Source of the DNA: Planctomycetota bacterium
Lineage (GTDB): Bacteria; Planctomycetota; Planctomycetia; Pirellulales; Pirellulaceae
Direction: 5' to 3'
Length of the DNA: 64,000 nucleotides
Assembly (NCBI GenBank): GCA_039179795.1
Contig: JBCDEM010000001.1
Location: forward strand, 567,045 to 631,044
Below the pieces are notes generated by a model. That model made no database searches. It was not told the DNA's origin and worked only from the letters and a program-made list of their open reading frames with translations. Both the position numbers and the translations under genes were made by a program. Shown here in pieces: positions 27,964 to 37,964 of the stretch. Every line of letters begins with the position of its first letter. Within the stretch, counting starts at the first letter, position 1.

Positions 27964-29321
27964 CGCTTCGCATTTACCACGCTCAAATCCAGGAACACAA
28001 TCGCAGAGGGATTCCCAACAGGCGTGAAGTAACCCGTAAAGTCGAGTTTTCCTGAGACACGATCAACACGGAAGACCGTCATGTTGTCAGCCCGCTGATT
28101 GAGTGCGTAAAGGAATTCGCCAGTCGGATCAAAATTGAAACTTCGTGGGTAGTTTCCGCGTGTCGGTTCATCATCGACAGGCGTGAGTGTTCCATTTTCC
28201 CCGACAGCGAAGATTCCGATGCTGTCGTGCAACCGATTTCCGGCGTACACAAATCTGCCATCACTTGAGACTAGGATGCCGGAGCAAAAATTGCTCCCCG
28301 CATATCCCGTTGGAAGTGATGAAATCGTCTGTCGTTCGGTAAGTCTTCCTCGGTCATCATCCCAGTCAAACAACGCGATGGTCGAACCTTCTTCTTGGAT
28401 CGAATAGAGCCACTTTCCATTGGGATGAAAGTCGAAATGTCTGGGCCCGTCGCCAGGCGGAAGCGAAACCGAAGGTGGATCATTGGCGATAAGGCGGCCG
28501 TCCGTGGAGTCGAATCGCCACACATAGATCTTGTCCAAGCCCAAATCAACGTGCAGGGCAAACCGGCCGGAGGGATCCATTGCGATCATGTGGGCATGAG
28601 TACGATCGTGCCCGCTAAAGGCAAAGCTTCCTAGCGGAGCATTGGTAGCCGTTGCTGGGCCGATCACTCCTTCGTCCCGCTGGACATCAGTGGGTTCCGC
28701 AAGACGACCGTCGGGTGAAATCGGCAGCACGGCGACCGATCCGCCGAAGTAATTGGCAACGAGTAGATATCGACCACTCGGATGAAGACTGACGAACGTA
28801 GGGCCCGCGCCTCCCGAACGCACGGTATTCATCCGTTTCAGATCACCGTTATCTGGATCAATCGAGAATGCACTAACGGTTCCTTCCCGATTCTCGCCCA
28901 CGCGATCCGTTTCGTTTGCTGAATACAGGCAGGTGCCTTGTTTGTTGATGACCAGATGGCTGGGACTGGTTCCCAATCGGACTTCCCCAAGCGATTTTAG
29001 TTCACCCGTTTTGCGATTGACGGAGAATCGATGGATCCCACGACCATTGCCGGGCGGAAGATCAACCTGAGTTGGAAGGACATCCTGCAGTGGAGAGCTA
29101 AACGTTCCAACGTACGCAATCAATGGCTCACTGGGTGTCGATCGAACTTCCTGACTGCCGACAGGATTGGCGATGGCCATAAGCAGCACGAACCCAAAGA
29201 AAGGTGCCAGATGGATCGTTTGGAATCGTCGGTAAACCAGAGAAATGGGGTTGGCGACCATTCGACTCGAAATCGATCGATAAAGAGTGTTGACGCGTCT
29301 CATTCGTGGGCACCTATGCAA
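27960..29321 (-). CDS. Lactonase family beta-propeller (6-phosphogluconolactonase-like)
   Basis: YVGT, LYSANE, LLVANYFGG, HAHMI, GPRHFDFHP, YAGNRLHDSI, PRSFN. True start is probably downstream of 29321. Confidence 0.92.
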   Translation of the reverse strand: MHRCPRMRRVNTLYRSISSRMVANPISLVYRRFQTIHLAPFFGFVLLMAIANPVGSQEVRSTPSEPLIAYVGTFSSPLQDVLPTQVDLPPGNGRGIHRFSVNRKTGELKSLGEVRLGTSPSHLVINKQGTCLYSANETDRVGENREGTVSAFSIDPDNGDLKRMNTVRSGGAGPTFVSLHPSGRYLLVANYFGGSVAVLPISPDGRLAEPTDVQRDEGVIGPATATNAPLGSFAFSGHDRTHAHMIAMDPSGRFALHVDLGLDKIYVWRFDSTDGRLIANDPPSVSLPPGDGPRHFDFHPNGKWLYSIQEEGSTIALFDWDDDRGRLTERQTISSLPTGYAGSNFCSGILVSSDGRFVYAGNRLHDSIGIFAVGENGTLTPVDDEPTRGNYPRSFNFDPTGEFLYALNQRADNMTVFRVDRVSGKLDFTGYFTPVGNPSAIVFLDLSVVNAKR

Positions 29322-29603
29322 GTAAATCTCGTTTGATGAGCCGCCATGATACTTTGGCGATCTCTACCGCAGTTGCCAGGGCGGTTCAAGTTCTCCGGAT
29401 TCGCCACGTCACGTGATCGGTACAAGTGGATCGCGCATTTGTGAAAATGATGAATTCTTCGCTAACCGATGCAACGGCAACATTCGGAATCTTTTAAAAG
29501 GAAACTCGATTCTCGTTTCCACACAGCGAACTGACCTCGCCGGAATCGATGGTGATAGGCCGCCTTTCGACGCGTCGCGGTCCCGTCGTTTGAGAGTCGT
29601 CTT

Positions 29604-29642
29604 TTGATGCACGTATTCCATTGATGCACGTATTCCATTGAT
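29604..29642 (+). repeat. 17-bp tandem direct repeat (2.3 copies)
   Basis: TTGATGCACGTATTCCA x2 plus TTGAT, ending just before the GGGGAG SD of the S8 gene. Confidence 0.9.
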
Positions 29643-29656
29643 CTGGGGGAGATCTA

Positions 29657-32600
29657 ATGTTTCGTACTGTCCATCGACGTCGCCGATCGACAACCACCAA
29701 GACGTACGCTCGCAAGTTACTGGTTGAAACGTTAGAGACGCGGAAGTGTTTATCCGCTTCACCGCTGACTCCGTCCTCATCGCCGGAACTTTCGATCGAC
29801 CCAAGTCTTTACGACGCATCAAGCTTCATCGTGAAGTACGAATCTTCGAGTGAAAGTACTCATCAAACATTTGGTCCTTCCAGGATCGCCCGGTCATCTG
29901 AATTGGGCTTTGACTTGCAACATGTCGAACTGCACCCAGGCGTTTCGGTTGCATCCATGTTGGCGACATTCCAGCACCGCGAGGGTGTGGAATATGTCGA
30001 GCCCAATTACCTGGTTCGCCTGACGGAAATTCCAAACGATCCACGTTTCGATACTCAATGGGACTTACACAATCTTGGCCAAGGTGGAGGCACCGTCGAT
30101 GCTGACATCGACGCGCCGGAAGCATGGGATTTGACGACAGGAACCGGGTCAACGATCGTCGCTGTCATCGACACCGGCGTTGATTATTTGCACCCGGACC
30201 TTGCACCCAATATGTGGACCAATCCAGGTGAGATCCCTGGGGATGGCATCGACAATGACGGCAATGGATATGTCGACGATATCCATGGGTACGACTTCTT
30301 CAATGATGATGGCTCACCGATCGACGACAACAATCACGGAACGCATGTGGCTGGTACGATCGGTGCAGTCGGCAATGACGGAATCGGGATTGCAGGTGTC
30401 AACTGGAACGTCCAAATCATGGCGCTTAAGTTTCTCGGCGCGGATGGATCAGGGAGCACGGCCGAAGCGATCTCTGCTGTTCGGTACGCGTATGAAAATG
30501 GAGCACACATCTCAAACAACAGTTGGGGTGGCGGACCCTTTTCGCAAGCGCTTTTCGACGCGATTGCAGACTCGCAACAAGTCGGGCACATCTTTGTTGC
30601 AGCCGCTGGCAACGGGAACTTCCTGGGTATCGGCCAAGACAACGATGCAACGCCGTTTTATCCATCCAGTTACGAGCTGGACAATGTCGTCTCCGTCGCT
30701 GCAACCGATCGAAATGATGAGCGTGGAACGTTCTCGAATTTTGGAGCGACTTCCGTCGATATCGGTGCTCCCGGAGTCGACATCATCAGCACGACTATCA
30801 ACGGAACTTATTCCAATGCGAGTGGGACTTCGATGGCCGCACCGCATGTTTCCGGCGCACTTAGTTTGGTGCGAGACTTTGATCCGTCGCTGACACCTGC
30901 ACAAATCATCGATCGTGTTCTTCTGTCGGCTGATCCAGTTGAATCAATGGCAGGTATCACCGTAACGGGTGGACGTTTGAACGTTGCGTCCTCTTTGGTG
31001 CCCGACGAAACAGGTCCGATGGTTTTGTCGGCGTCGCCAGATGCGCTCGTACTGGATCCGTTCGATTCCGTGCGCGTGACGTTCAACGAGTCGATCAGTG
31101 CAGGCAGCTTCGGCTTGGACGATGTTTCGTTAGAAGGTCCTAATGGACCGATCAACGTTTCTAGCATTACGCCTGTCGCGGGACGAACGTACGATCTTCA
31201 ATTTGGGCTTCAATCGGATTCCGGTCTCTACCAGCTCACTGTCGGACCCAACATCGAAGACCGTTTCGGGAATGTGATGGATCAAAACGAAAATGGTCTT
31301 GGAGGGGAAGCGACGGACGATCAATACGTCCACTCTTTCTCGAAAGCGGACGCCGTTGGGCGCTTTGATTTTGGGACGGCGAGTTCACCCGTTGCGAACG
31401 GTTACACACAAATCGTTGGAAACTCTTACAGCCCATCCGTCGGGTACGGTTGGAGTTCTGGAGCAGTCCATTCGTTGACGCGCGGAGGAGAGCCACTGAC
31501 GCAAGACTTTAACTACACGACCGAAGCGGTGTTCGTCTTGGATGTGCCCAACGGCGAGTACGACGTAATCGTGACCTTGGGTGAGACGATCGTTGCGCAT
31601 GATCAAATGGGCGTCTTTCTTGAGGGTATTCAAGTCGACTCTGTCACGACGGCTGCTGGAGAATTCGCGAACAATTCCTATCGAACGAGCGTGAGTGACG
31701 GGCAACTCACTTTGCGACTGCAGGATCTTGGCGGATCGGATTCGTGGGTGATGATCAATGCACTCGATGTCGTATTTGCAGGTCCCGATCAGACAGGCCC
31801 GTTCGTTAATAACACGAGCGCTAGCGGTACCCTTGCGGGTCCGATCGACCGCTTGCAGGTGAATTTCAACGAGTTGATTCAGGAAGCGAGTTTTACGATC
31901 GACGACGTCATTGCCCTGGAAGGACCATCTGGCCCGATCACACCGACGGGGGTGAATCCCTTGCCGACGGGTGATTACGAAATCACGTTTGCGTCACAGA
32001 ACGAATCTGGGCCCTATCGCCTTGTGATCGGTCCCGATGTTTTGGACATTGCCGGAAATCCGATGGACCAGGATGGCGATGGAATCGCAGGAGAGATTCC
32101 GGACGACCAATTTGAAACAAACTTCACACTCGAAGCAGGTTTAGCGGTTGTTGCAGCATATGATTTCGGTAGTTCAACATCACCGCTGGCGAGCGGATTC
32201 ACTCGCGTCACTGGGGGTGATGCATACAACGCTTCAACGGGATTTGGATGGCAGGATGGTGCTGTATTCACGATCAATTGGGGAGGAGAGCCACTTACCC
32301 AGGATCTGAATTACACGCGAGATGCAACGTTCGTCGTCGATATTCCCAACGGCGAATACGATATCGAGCTGACGATGGGTGAAGCGATTATTTCCCACGA
32401 ACAGATGGGCGTGTTTATCGAAGGTGTGCAGGTTGACTCTGTCTCGACCGCCGGATTCGAGTTCGTGACCAACACGTACCGAACGAGCATCAGCGATGGA
32501 CAATTGAGTCTTCGCCTTCAGGATTTAGGTGGCAGCAACGTATACGCAGTGATCAATGGCTTGCGTCTTCTCTACGCAGGTCCTGACACGACAGGGCCGA

Positions 32601-33394
32601 TGGTTGATTCCACCGATGCCAGTGGAACGGTCGAAGGACCCATTGACCGAGTTCGCGTCGCTTTCAATGAACCCATTCAGGCCGATTCCTTTACACTTGC
32701 CGACATATCGAGATTGAGTGGTCCCGATGGTGACATCACTCCAATCGCCGTGAATGAAGTTGCCGTTGGTGAGTTCGAAATCGTGTTCCCAACAACCAAT
32801 GAACCTGGCGAATATCGCCTGACGCTTGGCCCAGACGTTTTGGACATCGCTGGAAATTCAATGGATCAAGATCAAGATGGAACGTTTGGTGAGGCGGACG
32901 AAGATCAATTCGATACGACGTTTGTGCTCCAGGCCGGACTGCCGACGATCGCGAGATTCGATTTCGGTACCAACACGTCACCGGTCGAAACGGACTACAC
33001 ACGCGTCAGCAGCAGCGATCAGTACGACTCGGAAGTCGGTTTCGGGTGGACGGATGGATCGGTCTATTCCATCAGTTGGGGTGGTGCAACGTTAACACGT
33101 GACTTGAATTACACGGCGGATGCGACGTTCGCGATGGATCTTCCCAACGGACAATATGATCTGGTCATGACGATGGGCGAGGCAATCATATCGCATGATC
33201 AAATGGGCATTTTTGTCGAAGGTGTCCAGGTCGACACGGTTTCCACCGCAGGTTTTCAGTTCGTGACGAACACGTATCGGGCGAATGTTCACGATGGCCA
33301 ACTGAGTCTGCGAATCGCCGATCAGGGTGGCAGTAATGCATGGGCGGTCATCAACGCACTCGAGATTCTGTACGTAGGAAGCAACGACAATTAA
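29657..33394 (+). CDS. Extracellular subtilisin-like S8 peptidase with three tandem [Ig-like + galactose-binding-like] modules
   Basis: N-terminal RKLLVETLETRKCLSA; triad VIDTG / HGTHVAG / GTSMAAPH; three PDxTGP..VxFNE..GED/YDQF units, each followed by F/YDFG..SP..GW..LNYT..PNG.Y..MGVF.EG..INAL. SD GGGGAG. Confidence 0.93.
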   Translation: MFRTVHRRRRSTTTKTYARKLLVETLETRKCLSASPLTPSSSPELSIDPSLYDASSFIVKYESSSESTHQTFGPSRIARSSELGFDLQHVELHPGVSVASMLATFQHREGVEYVEPNYLVRLTEIPNDPRFDTQWDLHNLGQGGGTVDADIDAPEAWDLTTGTGSTIVAVIDTGVDYLHPDLAPNMWTNPGEIPGDGIDNDGNGYVDDIHGYDFFNDDGSPIDDNNHGTHVAGTIGAVGNDGIGIAGVNWNVQIMALKFLGADGSGSTAEAISAVRYAYENGAHISNNSWGGGPFSQALFDAIADSQQVGHIFVAAAGNGNFLGIGQDNDATPFYPSSYELDNVVSVAATDRNDERGTFSNFGATSVDIGAPGVDIISTTINGTYSNASGTSMAAPHVSGALSLVRDFDPSLTPAQIIDRVLLSADPVESMAGITVTGGRLNVASSLVPDETGPMVLSASPDALVLDPFDSVRVTFNESISAGSFGLDDVSLEGPNGPINVSSITPVAGRTYDLQFGLQSDSGLYQLTVGPNIEDRFGNVMDQNENGLGGEATDDQYVHSFSKADAVGRFDFGTASSPVANGYTQIVGNSYSPSVGYGWSSGAVHSLTRGGEPLTQDFNYTTEAVFVLDVPNGEYDVIVTLGETIVAHDQMGVFLEGIQVDSVTTAAGEFANNSYRTSVSDGQLTLRLQDLGGSDSWVMINALDVVFAGPDQTGPFVNNTSASGTLAGPIDRLQVNFNELIQEASFTIDDVIALEGPSGPITPTGVNPLPTGDYEITFASQNESGPYRLVIGPDVLDIAGNPMDQDGDGIAGEIPDDQFETNFTLEAGLAVVAAYDFGSSTSPLASGFTRVTGGDAYNASTGFGWQDGAVFTINWGGEPLTQDLNYTRDATFVVDIPNGEYDIELTMGEAIISHEQMGVFIEGVQVDSVSTAGFEFVTNTYRTSISDGQLSLRLQDLGGSNVYAVINGLRLLYAGPDTTGPMVDSTDASGTVEGPIDRVRVAFNEPIQADSFTLADISRLSGPDGDITPIAVNEVAVGEFEIVFPTTNEPGEYRLTLGPDVLDIAGNSMDQDQDGTFGEADEDQFDTTFVLQAGLPTIARFDFGTNTSPVETDYTRVSSSDQYDSEVGFGWTDGSVYSISWGGATLTRDLNYTADATFAMDLPNGQYDLVMTMGEAIISHDQMGIFVEGVQVDTVSTAGFQFVTNTYRANVHDGQLSLRIADQGGSNAWAVINALEILYVGSNDN

Positions 33395-33615
33395 GTCGCA
33401 CTGGCTACCAGAGTTGACTGATGACAACGGGACGATTCGGTCGCGAGCGTTTTCGCTTCAGCAGGATTCGAAATCCGGATCGAATTGTCCCTATAATGTT
33501 GCACGGGCGGTGAGCGATCCCCTCGCCGCGAGAATGACCGTTCAGATTCGGTAGTTTGCGCTACCCGAGTTTGATTGTTTGAACGGAAGACCTGCAGTAT
33601 TTCGGGTGCCGAGTT

Positions 33616-34530
33616 TTGAATCATCACAGCAGCCTATCGTCGTCTGAAGAACCGCCGGAAATCTCGGCGGGTGCAACGGATCGCGGGCGGAAACGCGAAT
33701 CCAATCAAGATCAGTTTCTCATTGCCCAATTGAATAAGTCGATGTTGGTCGATTCGACGTCGCTCGATTTCGAGGATCGTCTGTTTGGGCGTATGCAGAG
33801 TGAAATTCTGTTGGTTGCAGACGGGATGGGCGGACATGCTGCGGGCGAAGAAGCCAGTCAGTTAGCGATTCAGCATCTCGTGCGTCGCCTGTTGAATAGC
33901 ATTCATTGGTTCGATCAACAGGAGGACGACACCCAGCGTGAAAGCGAATTCATCAACGACTTAAAGCGATTGTTGAAGGATGCACATAGACGACTGTTGC
34001 GTGAGTCGGCCCAGCATTTTGAACGTCGTGGGATGGGAACGACGCTGACGATGGCCCATCTAGTCTGGCCGAGAATGTATGTCGTTCACGCCGGTGACAG
34101 TCGGTGCTACCTCGTTCGTGATGGGGAAGCGGAACAGATAACAACCGATCACACGCTTGCCCATCAGATGGTTGAGGCGGGCGGCCTGAAACCAGAAGAC
34201 GAGGCGGGAAGTCGTTGGAGCAATGTCTTGTGGAACGTGTTGGGCGGTCACTCAGAGGGTGATTTGATTGCTGAAGTTCACCGAGTTGAGCTATCTCCGG
34301 GAGACGTTGTGGTGCTCTGCACGGACGGTCTCTATCGCTACGTGGATAAAGAGACGATTGCCGAGATCGTCCAGAACACGGATTCGTCAGCCGAGGCTTG
34401 CGAAACGTTGATCACGTTGGCGAATGAACGCGGCGGCGAAGACAATATCACCGTCATCGTGTCGAGCCCCGAACCCGGTGGAATGCACTCCACATGGCTA
34501 GACAATGACGACACGATTATTTCCGACTAA
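33616..34530 (+). CDS. PP2C-family (PPM) Ser/Thr phosphatase
   Basis: RESNQD, VADGMGG, GMGTT, HAGDSRCY, LCTDGL, GGEDNIT. Confidence 0.95.
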   Translation: MNHHSSLSSSEEPPEISAGATDRGRKRESNQDQFLIAQLNKSMLVDSTSLDFEDRLFGRMQSEILLVADGMGGHAAGEEASQLAIQHLVRRLLNSIHWFDQQEDDTQRESEFINDLKRLLKDAHRRLLRESAQHFERRGMGTTLTMAHLVWPRMYVVHAGDSRCYLVRDGEAEQITTDHTLAHQMVEAGGLKPEDEAGSRWSNVLWNVLGGHSEGDLIAEVHRVELSPGDVVVLCTDGLYRYVDKETIAEIVQNTDSSAEACETLITLANERGGEDNITVIVSSPEPGGMHSTWLDNDDTIISD

Positions 34531-34569
34531 CTGAAATCATTGGTACGTCGTTCGGTTTTACGCTCTAGC

Positions 34570-35655
34570 CTAGACACGTGTCAGCTTGGTGACGCGTCCG
34601 GTTGAAACCCATTCAGCAACATAGATATCGCCATTTAAGTCGAAGCAAGCGTCGTGTGGGTGAATGAACTTTCCGTCTTGCCAGCGGCTTTCGTCGGTTC
34701 GAATTTTGAAGCCATTCGAGCGTTTTTTGTCGTCCAAGATCCGTTGCTGATCAGCGCCGACGGTTGCAACTGTCTTGTGATTTCGATCGAGCAAAGAAAC
34801 ACGCGCAACCAATTCAGGCACCAACATCAACTCGCCATGGGTGTCCACATTGGCAGGTAACCCAAAGCCATCAACGGTTTTTTTGTAAGTCCCGTCGAGC
34901 GCGAAGACTTGTAGCGTATTGTTGGCGCGATCGGCAACGACGATTTCGGGATCACCTCCGTCCCGTGTATCGACCCAAATGCCATGCGGGAGGTTGAACG
35001 TTCCTTTTCCTCGGCCGGCTCCTCCAAAACTCGACAACCAATTACCGTCGGTGTCGTATCGGTGGATGAAGTACGAACCATAGCCATCAGCTACCAAGAA
35101 GGTGCCATCCGGTAGGAAAGCGAAGTTCGTTGGCATGAATCGATCGCGCCCCCAAACTTTCTTGGGTTGGCTTGCTTCACCTTGGGCATAATGGCCGCTC
35201 TTCATCGGCGCAAACTTTTGCCAAACGGTTTCGCCAGTCAACGTTAGCTTGGCAAAGGTTTTGAGGTGTTGATACGCCGTCACGTAAAGAAACGGCGTAC
35301 CGTCTTCAACGTGGACTTCTAAACCATGTCCGCCTCCTTGAAATTGGCTTCCCATCGCGCGGATGAACGTACCATCCGAATCAAACACGAAGATGGATGG
35401 ATGGTCTTTTAACTCACGCTTTCCTTCGTGAATGACGTACAGTCGATTCTCAGGATCGACGGCAACGTTGTGCGTTGTCTGCCACTTAAACTGTTCCGGA
35501 AGGTTCGGGTATTGGTGCTGGCAGCGAAACTTGAGATCACCCTCACCGATGACGTCCTGCGCGGCAGTTCGTTTACTTGTGATGATGGCGGGGGCAGCAG
35601 TCATGGCCACCGCTGAAGTCTTCAGGAACTTTCGTCGATTCGGAGAGGTGTGCAT
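34570..35655 (-). CDS. Tat-exported NHL-repeat beta-propeller protein
   Basis: NRRKFL Tat motif; NHL-like FNLPHGIWVD, VADRAN, HPHDACF. Confidence 0.85.
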   Translation of the reverse strand: MHTSPNRRKFLKTSAVAMTAAPAIITSKRTAAQDVIGEGDLKFRCQHQYPNLPEQFKWQTTHNVAVDPENRLYVIHEGKRELKDHPSIFVFDSDGTFIRAMGSQFQGGGHGLEVHVEDGTPFLYVTAYQHLKTFAKLTLTGETVWQKFAPMKSGHYAQGEASQPKKVWGRDRFMPTNFAFLPDGTFLVADGYGSYFIHRYDTDGNWLSSFGGAGRGKGTFNLPHGIWVDTRDGGDPEIVVADRANNTLQVFALDGTYKKTVDGFGLPANVDTHGELMLVPELVARVSLLDRNHKTVATVGADQQRILDDKKRSNGFKIRTDESRWQDGKFIHPHDACFDLNGDIYVAEWVSTGRVTKLTRV

Positions 35656-35846
35656 CGTCGTTCCGGGGCAGGGCAGGGGAGGGAGTCAATTTCGGTTTAG
35701 TTGAGGTTATACGTTTTGGCGATACCGAGATTCAAGCTTTGGCGGCAATCGGGCGGTGGTATCGGAGTGGAATTGCCAGGTTTGGATCCCGTTTGGGCAC
35801 TGACCGGTCCCGAAGACGAACGATTGCCGCTACCATTCCAGCCATC

Positions 35847-36659
35847 ATGTCACAAAGCGATCGATTTGAGTTTGGCAAGAATTGGCGAGCTTTTTTGGGC
35901 TCGCTTGATTCGCAGCGGATCGAGCAAGCGACTCGTTCCCTGTGCGAATCCCTCGAAATGGAGTCGTTGGCCGGACAACGATTTCTGGATCTAGGATGCG
36001 GCAGCGGGCTGTTTTCGCTGTCCGCGCATCTACTTGGGGCAGAGGTCATTTCAATTGACTTTGACGAAGACTCCGTGGCCTGCACGGAACAGCTTCGGGC
36101 ACAATTTGGTCGCGAAGACGATTCGTGGAAGATTCAGCAGGGATCCGTTCTTGACGATCAGATGATGGAATCGCTGGGTCAGGCGGACATCGTCTACTCT
36201 TGGGGTGTTCTTCATCACACGGGTTCGATGTATCGCGCCATTGAGATAGCGTCAAAGAGAACAAAGCACGGTGGGCGGTTTCTTATCTCGATCTACAACG
36301 ATCAGGGTAGGGCGAGTCGCCGTTGGTTAAAGATCAAACAGACGTACCAACGTCTCCCAACGGTTCTACGTCCAATGCTCGTCTTGTTGGTGGCTTCGTA
36401 CTACGAATGCAAATTTGCATTAGCACGCTTGGCACGATTGCAAAATCCGTTGCCATTCAATGACTGGAGAGCGAAGAAACAAGATCGCGGGATGTCGGCG
36501 TGGCACGACTGGGTGGACTGGGTCGGTGGATTGCCGTTCGAGGTGGCGAAGCCGGAACAGGTTATTGTTCCACTTCGACGGAGCGGATTTGTGCTTGAGA
36601 ATTTGATTACCGTCGGAAACGGCTGGGGTTGCAATGAGTACTTATTCTCCCGTTGCTAA
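35847..36659 (+). CDS. Class I SAM-dependent methyltransferase
   Basis: FLDLGCGSGLFS, DIVYSWGVLHHTG; start set at ATG 35847 (MSQSDRFEFGKNW). Confidence 0.9.
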   Translation: MSQSDRFEFGKNWRAFLGSLDSQRIEQATRSLCESLEMESLAGQRFLDLGCGSGLFSLSAHLLGAEVISIDFDEDSVACTEQLRAQFGREDDSWKIQQGSVLDDQMMESLGQADIVYSWGVLHHTGSMYRAIEIASKRTKHGGRFLISIYNDQGRASRRWLKIKQTYQRLPTVLRPMLVLLVASYYECKFALARLARLQNPLPFNDWRAKKQDRGMSAWHDWVDWVGGLPFEVAKPEQVIVPLRRSGFVLENLITVGNGWGCNEYLFSRC

Positions 36660-36686
36660 AAGTGCTTTCCCTTCAACTCCGAATCG

Positions 36687-37145
36687 TTAACTCCGCACGT
36701 TGTGTGAACGTGCTTCGTCTACGGCGTGCTGCAAATCCAAAATGAAATCTTCGCGGTTCAACGGTGAGAGGAGCCAGCGTTTTTTCGGTGTCGCAACGAG
36801 CACCCGTTTGAGCGATAGAGCTGGACCACTCATCCAACTGTGAGACTTTTCGATCTGGGTGATATCGACTAACGGAACCCGAAACGCGATTAACCCACAG
36901 CGAACGTGCAGCTCAATTTCGTCGATGGTGTATCGACAGGGTAAGGTGAAGATCGCGGAGACAATGGCGACGAAAACTGAAGTACCGAGCAAGATCAAGG
37001 CATCTCTTGGTTCGCCCTGAATCCAAGATACGATCGAAAGCACAATGGTGAGAAATGGTGAAGCAAGCAACAGAGCCGCGATCCAGCGATCGATGGCGGA
37101 TTCGTAAACCGTTGGGCGCTGAGGTTTTCGATAACTAAGTGTCAT
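36687..37145 (-). CDS. Membrane protein with bacterial PH-like domain
   Basis: Two N-terminal TMs followed by YTIDEIELHVRCG..RVPLVDITQI..PALSLKRV..LSP. Confidence 0.8.
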   Translation of the reverse strand: MTLSYRKPQRPTVYESAIDRWIAALLLASPFLTIVLSIVSWIQGEPRDALILLGTSVFVAIVSAIFTLPCRYTIDEIELHVRCGLIAFRVPLVDITQIEKSHSWMSGPALSLKRVLVATPKKRWLLSPLNREDFILDLQHAVDEARSHNVRS

Positions 37146-37328
37146 GATGCGAGAACTTTAGGGTGGAAGAAGACAGCATCGTAGCTCGTCAAAACCGACG
37201 ATTGAATACACCCGCAAGCGCTCGGTGAACGGCCTCTGCTAACGCGAAGCTGTTAAATTGGTGGTTGTCTTGGTCAAAAAAGCCACTTGATGCCCGGCAG
37301 GAGCATGATTGAACATCAACGCGGAGAG

Positions 37329-37964
37329 ATGAAGTGGCTGCCGTGGGCAGGCATCAACCTGCGACGTAATCCGTTTGGTGAACTTTCCCCGGAAGAAAGG
37401 GCGGAGCTTGCGGTCGTCGATGTGGAGCCGATTCTCGCAAGACTCTCCGAGCAGAGAGTTGCCGTTCAGTTCATCGGCGCGTGTGGTCGTGGTAAGACCA
37501 CGCGGATGCTGGCACTCTTGAAGCATCTTCCCAACGCCAGCTACACCTACTTACCGGAGGACGCCGCGTGTCCTGCGATCGCGATGGGAGATCCGATTCT
37601 GATCGATGAGGCGCAACGCTTACCGCGGTATGTCCGACGGAGAATTTGGAGTTCGGGAATCTCGCTCGTGCTTTCAACGCACCGCGATTTGCGGAGGAGT
37701 CTTCGGCGATCTGGTTACCGCGTGACGACCATGCGAATAGGAAACGGAAACACGCCCAGTCATGTCTGTCAGTTGCTAAATCGCAGGATTGATGCGTCAA
37801 GATTGCACACTGGCTCGGTGCCATCGCTTACCCTACGTGCCGCGGAATGTTTGGTATCTCGCTTTGGCTCAGACATTCGCGCAATGGAACACCACCTTTA
37901 CGAACAACTGCAAAAGCAAGTAGAGCAGCATGGCGAAGTGCGATCTTTCGATTGTGTTGGATGA
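37329..37964 (+). CDS. Small P-loop NTPase (AAA+-like), hypothetical
   Basis: Walker A GACGRGKTT, Walker B ILIDEAQR; SD GGAGAG before ATG 37329. Confidence 0.75.
   Translation: MKWLPWAGINLRRNPFGELSPEERAELAVVDVEPILARLSEQRVAVQFIGACGRGKTTRMLALLKHLPNASYTYLPEDAACPAIAMGDPILIDEAQRLPRYVRRRIWSSGISLVLSTHRDLRRSLRRSGYRVTTMRIGNGNTPSHVCQLLNRRIDASRLHTGSVPSLTLRAAECLVSRFGSDIRAMEHHLYEQLQKQVEQHGEVRSFDCVG

Noticed and set aside
35847-36659. Methyltransferase of a type often found in surface-polysaccharide clusters
   Set aside because: No glycosyltransferase or other polysaccharide genes nearby; nothing further to support a system.
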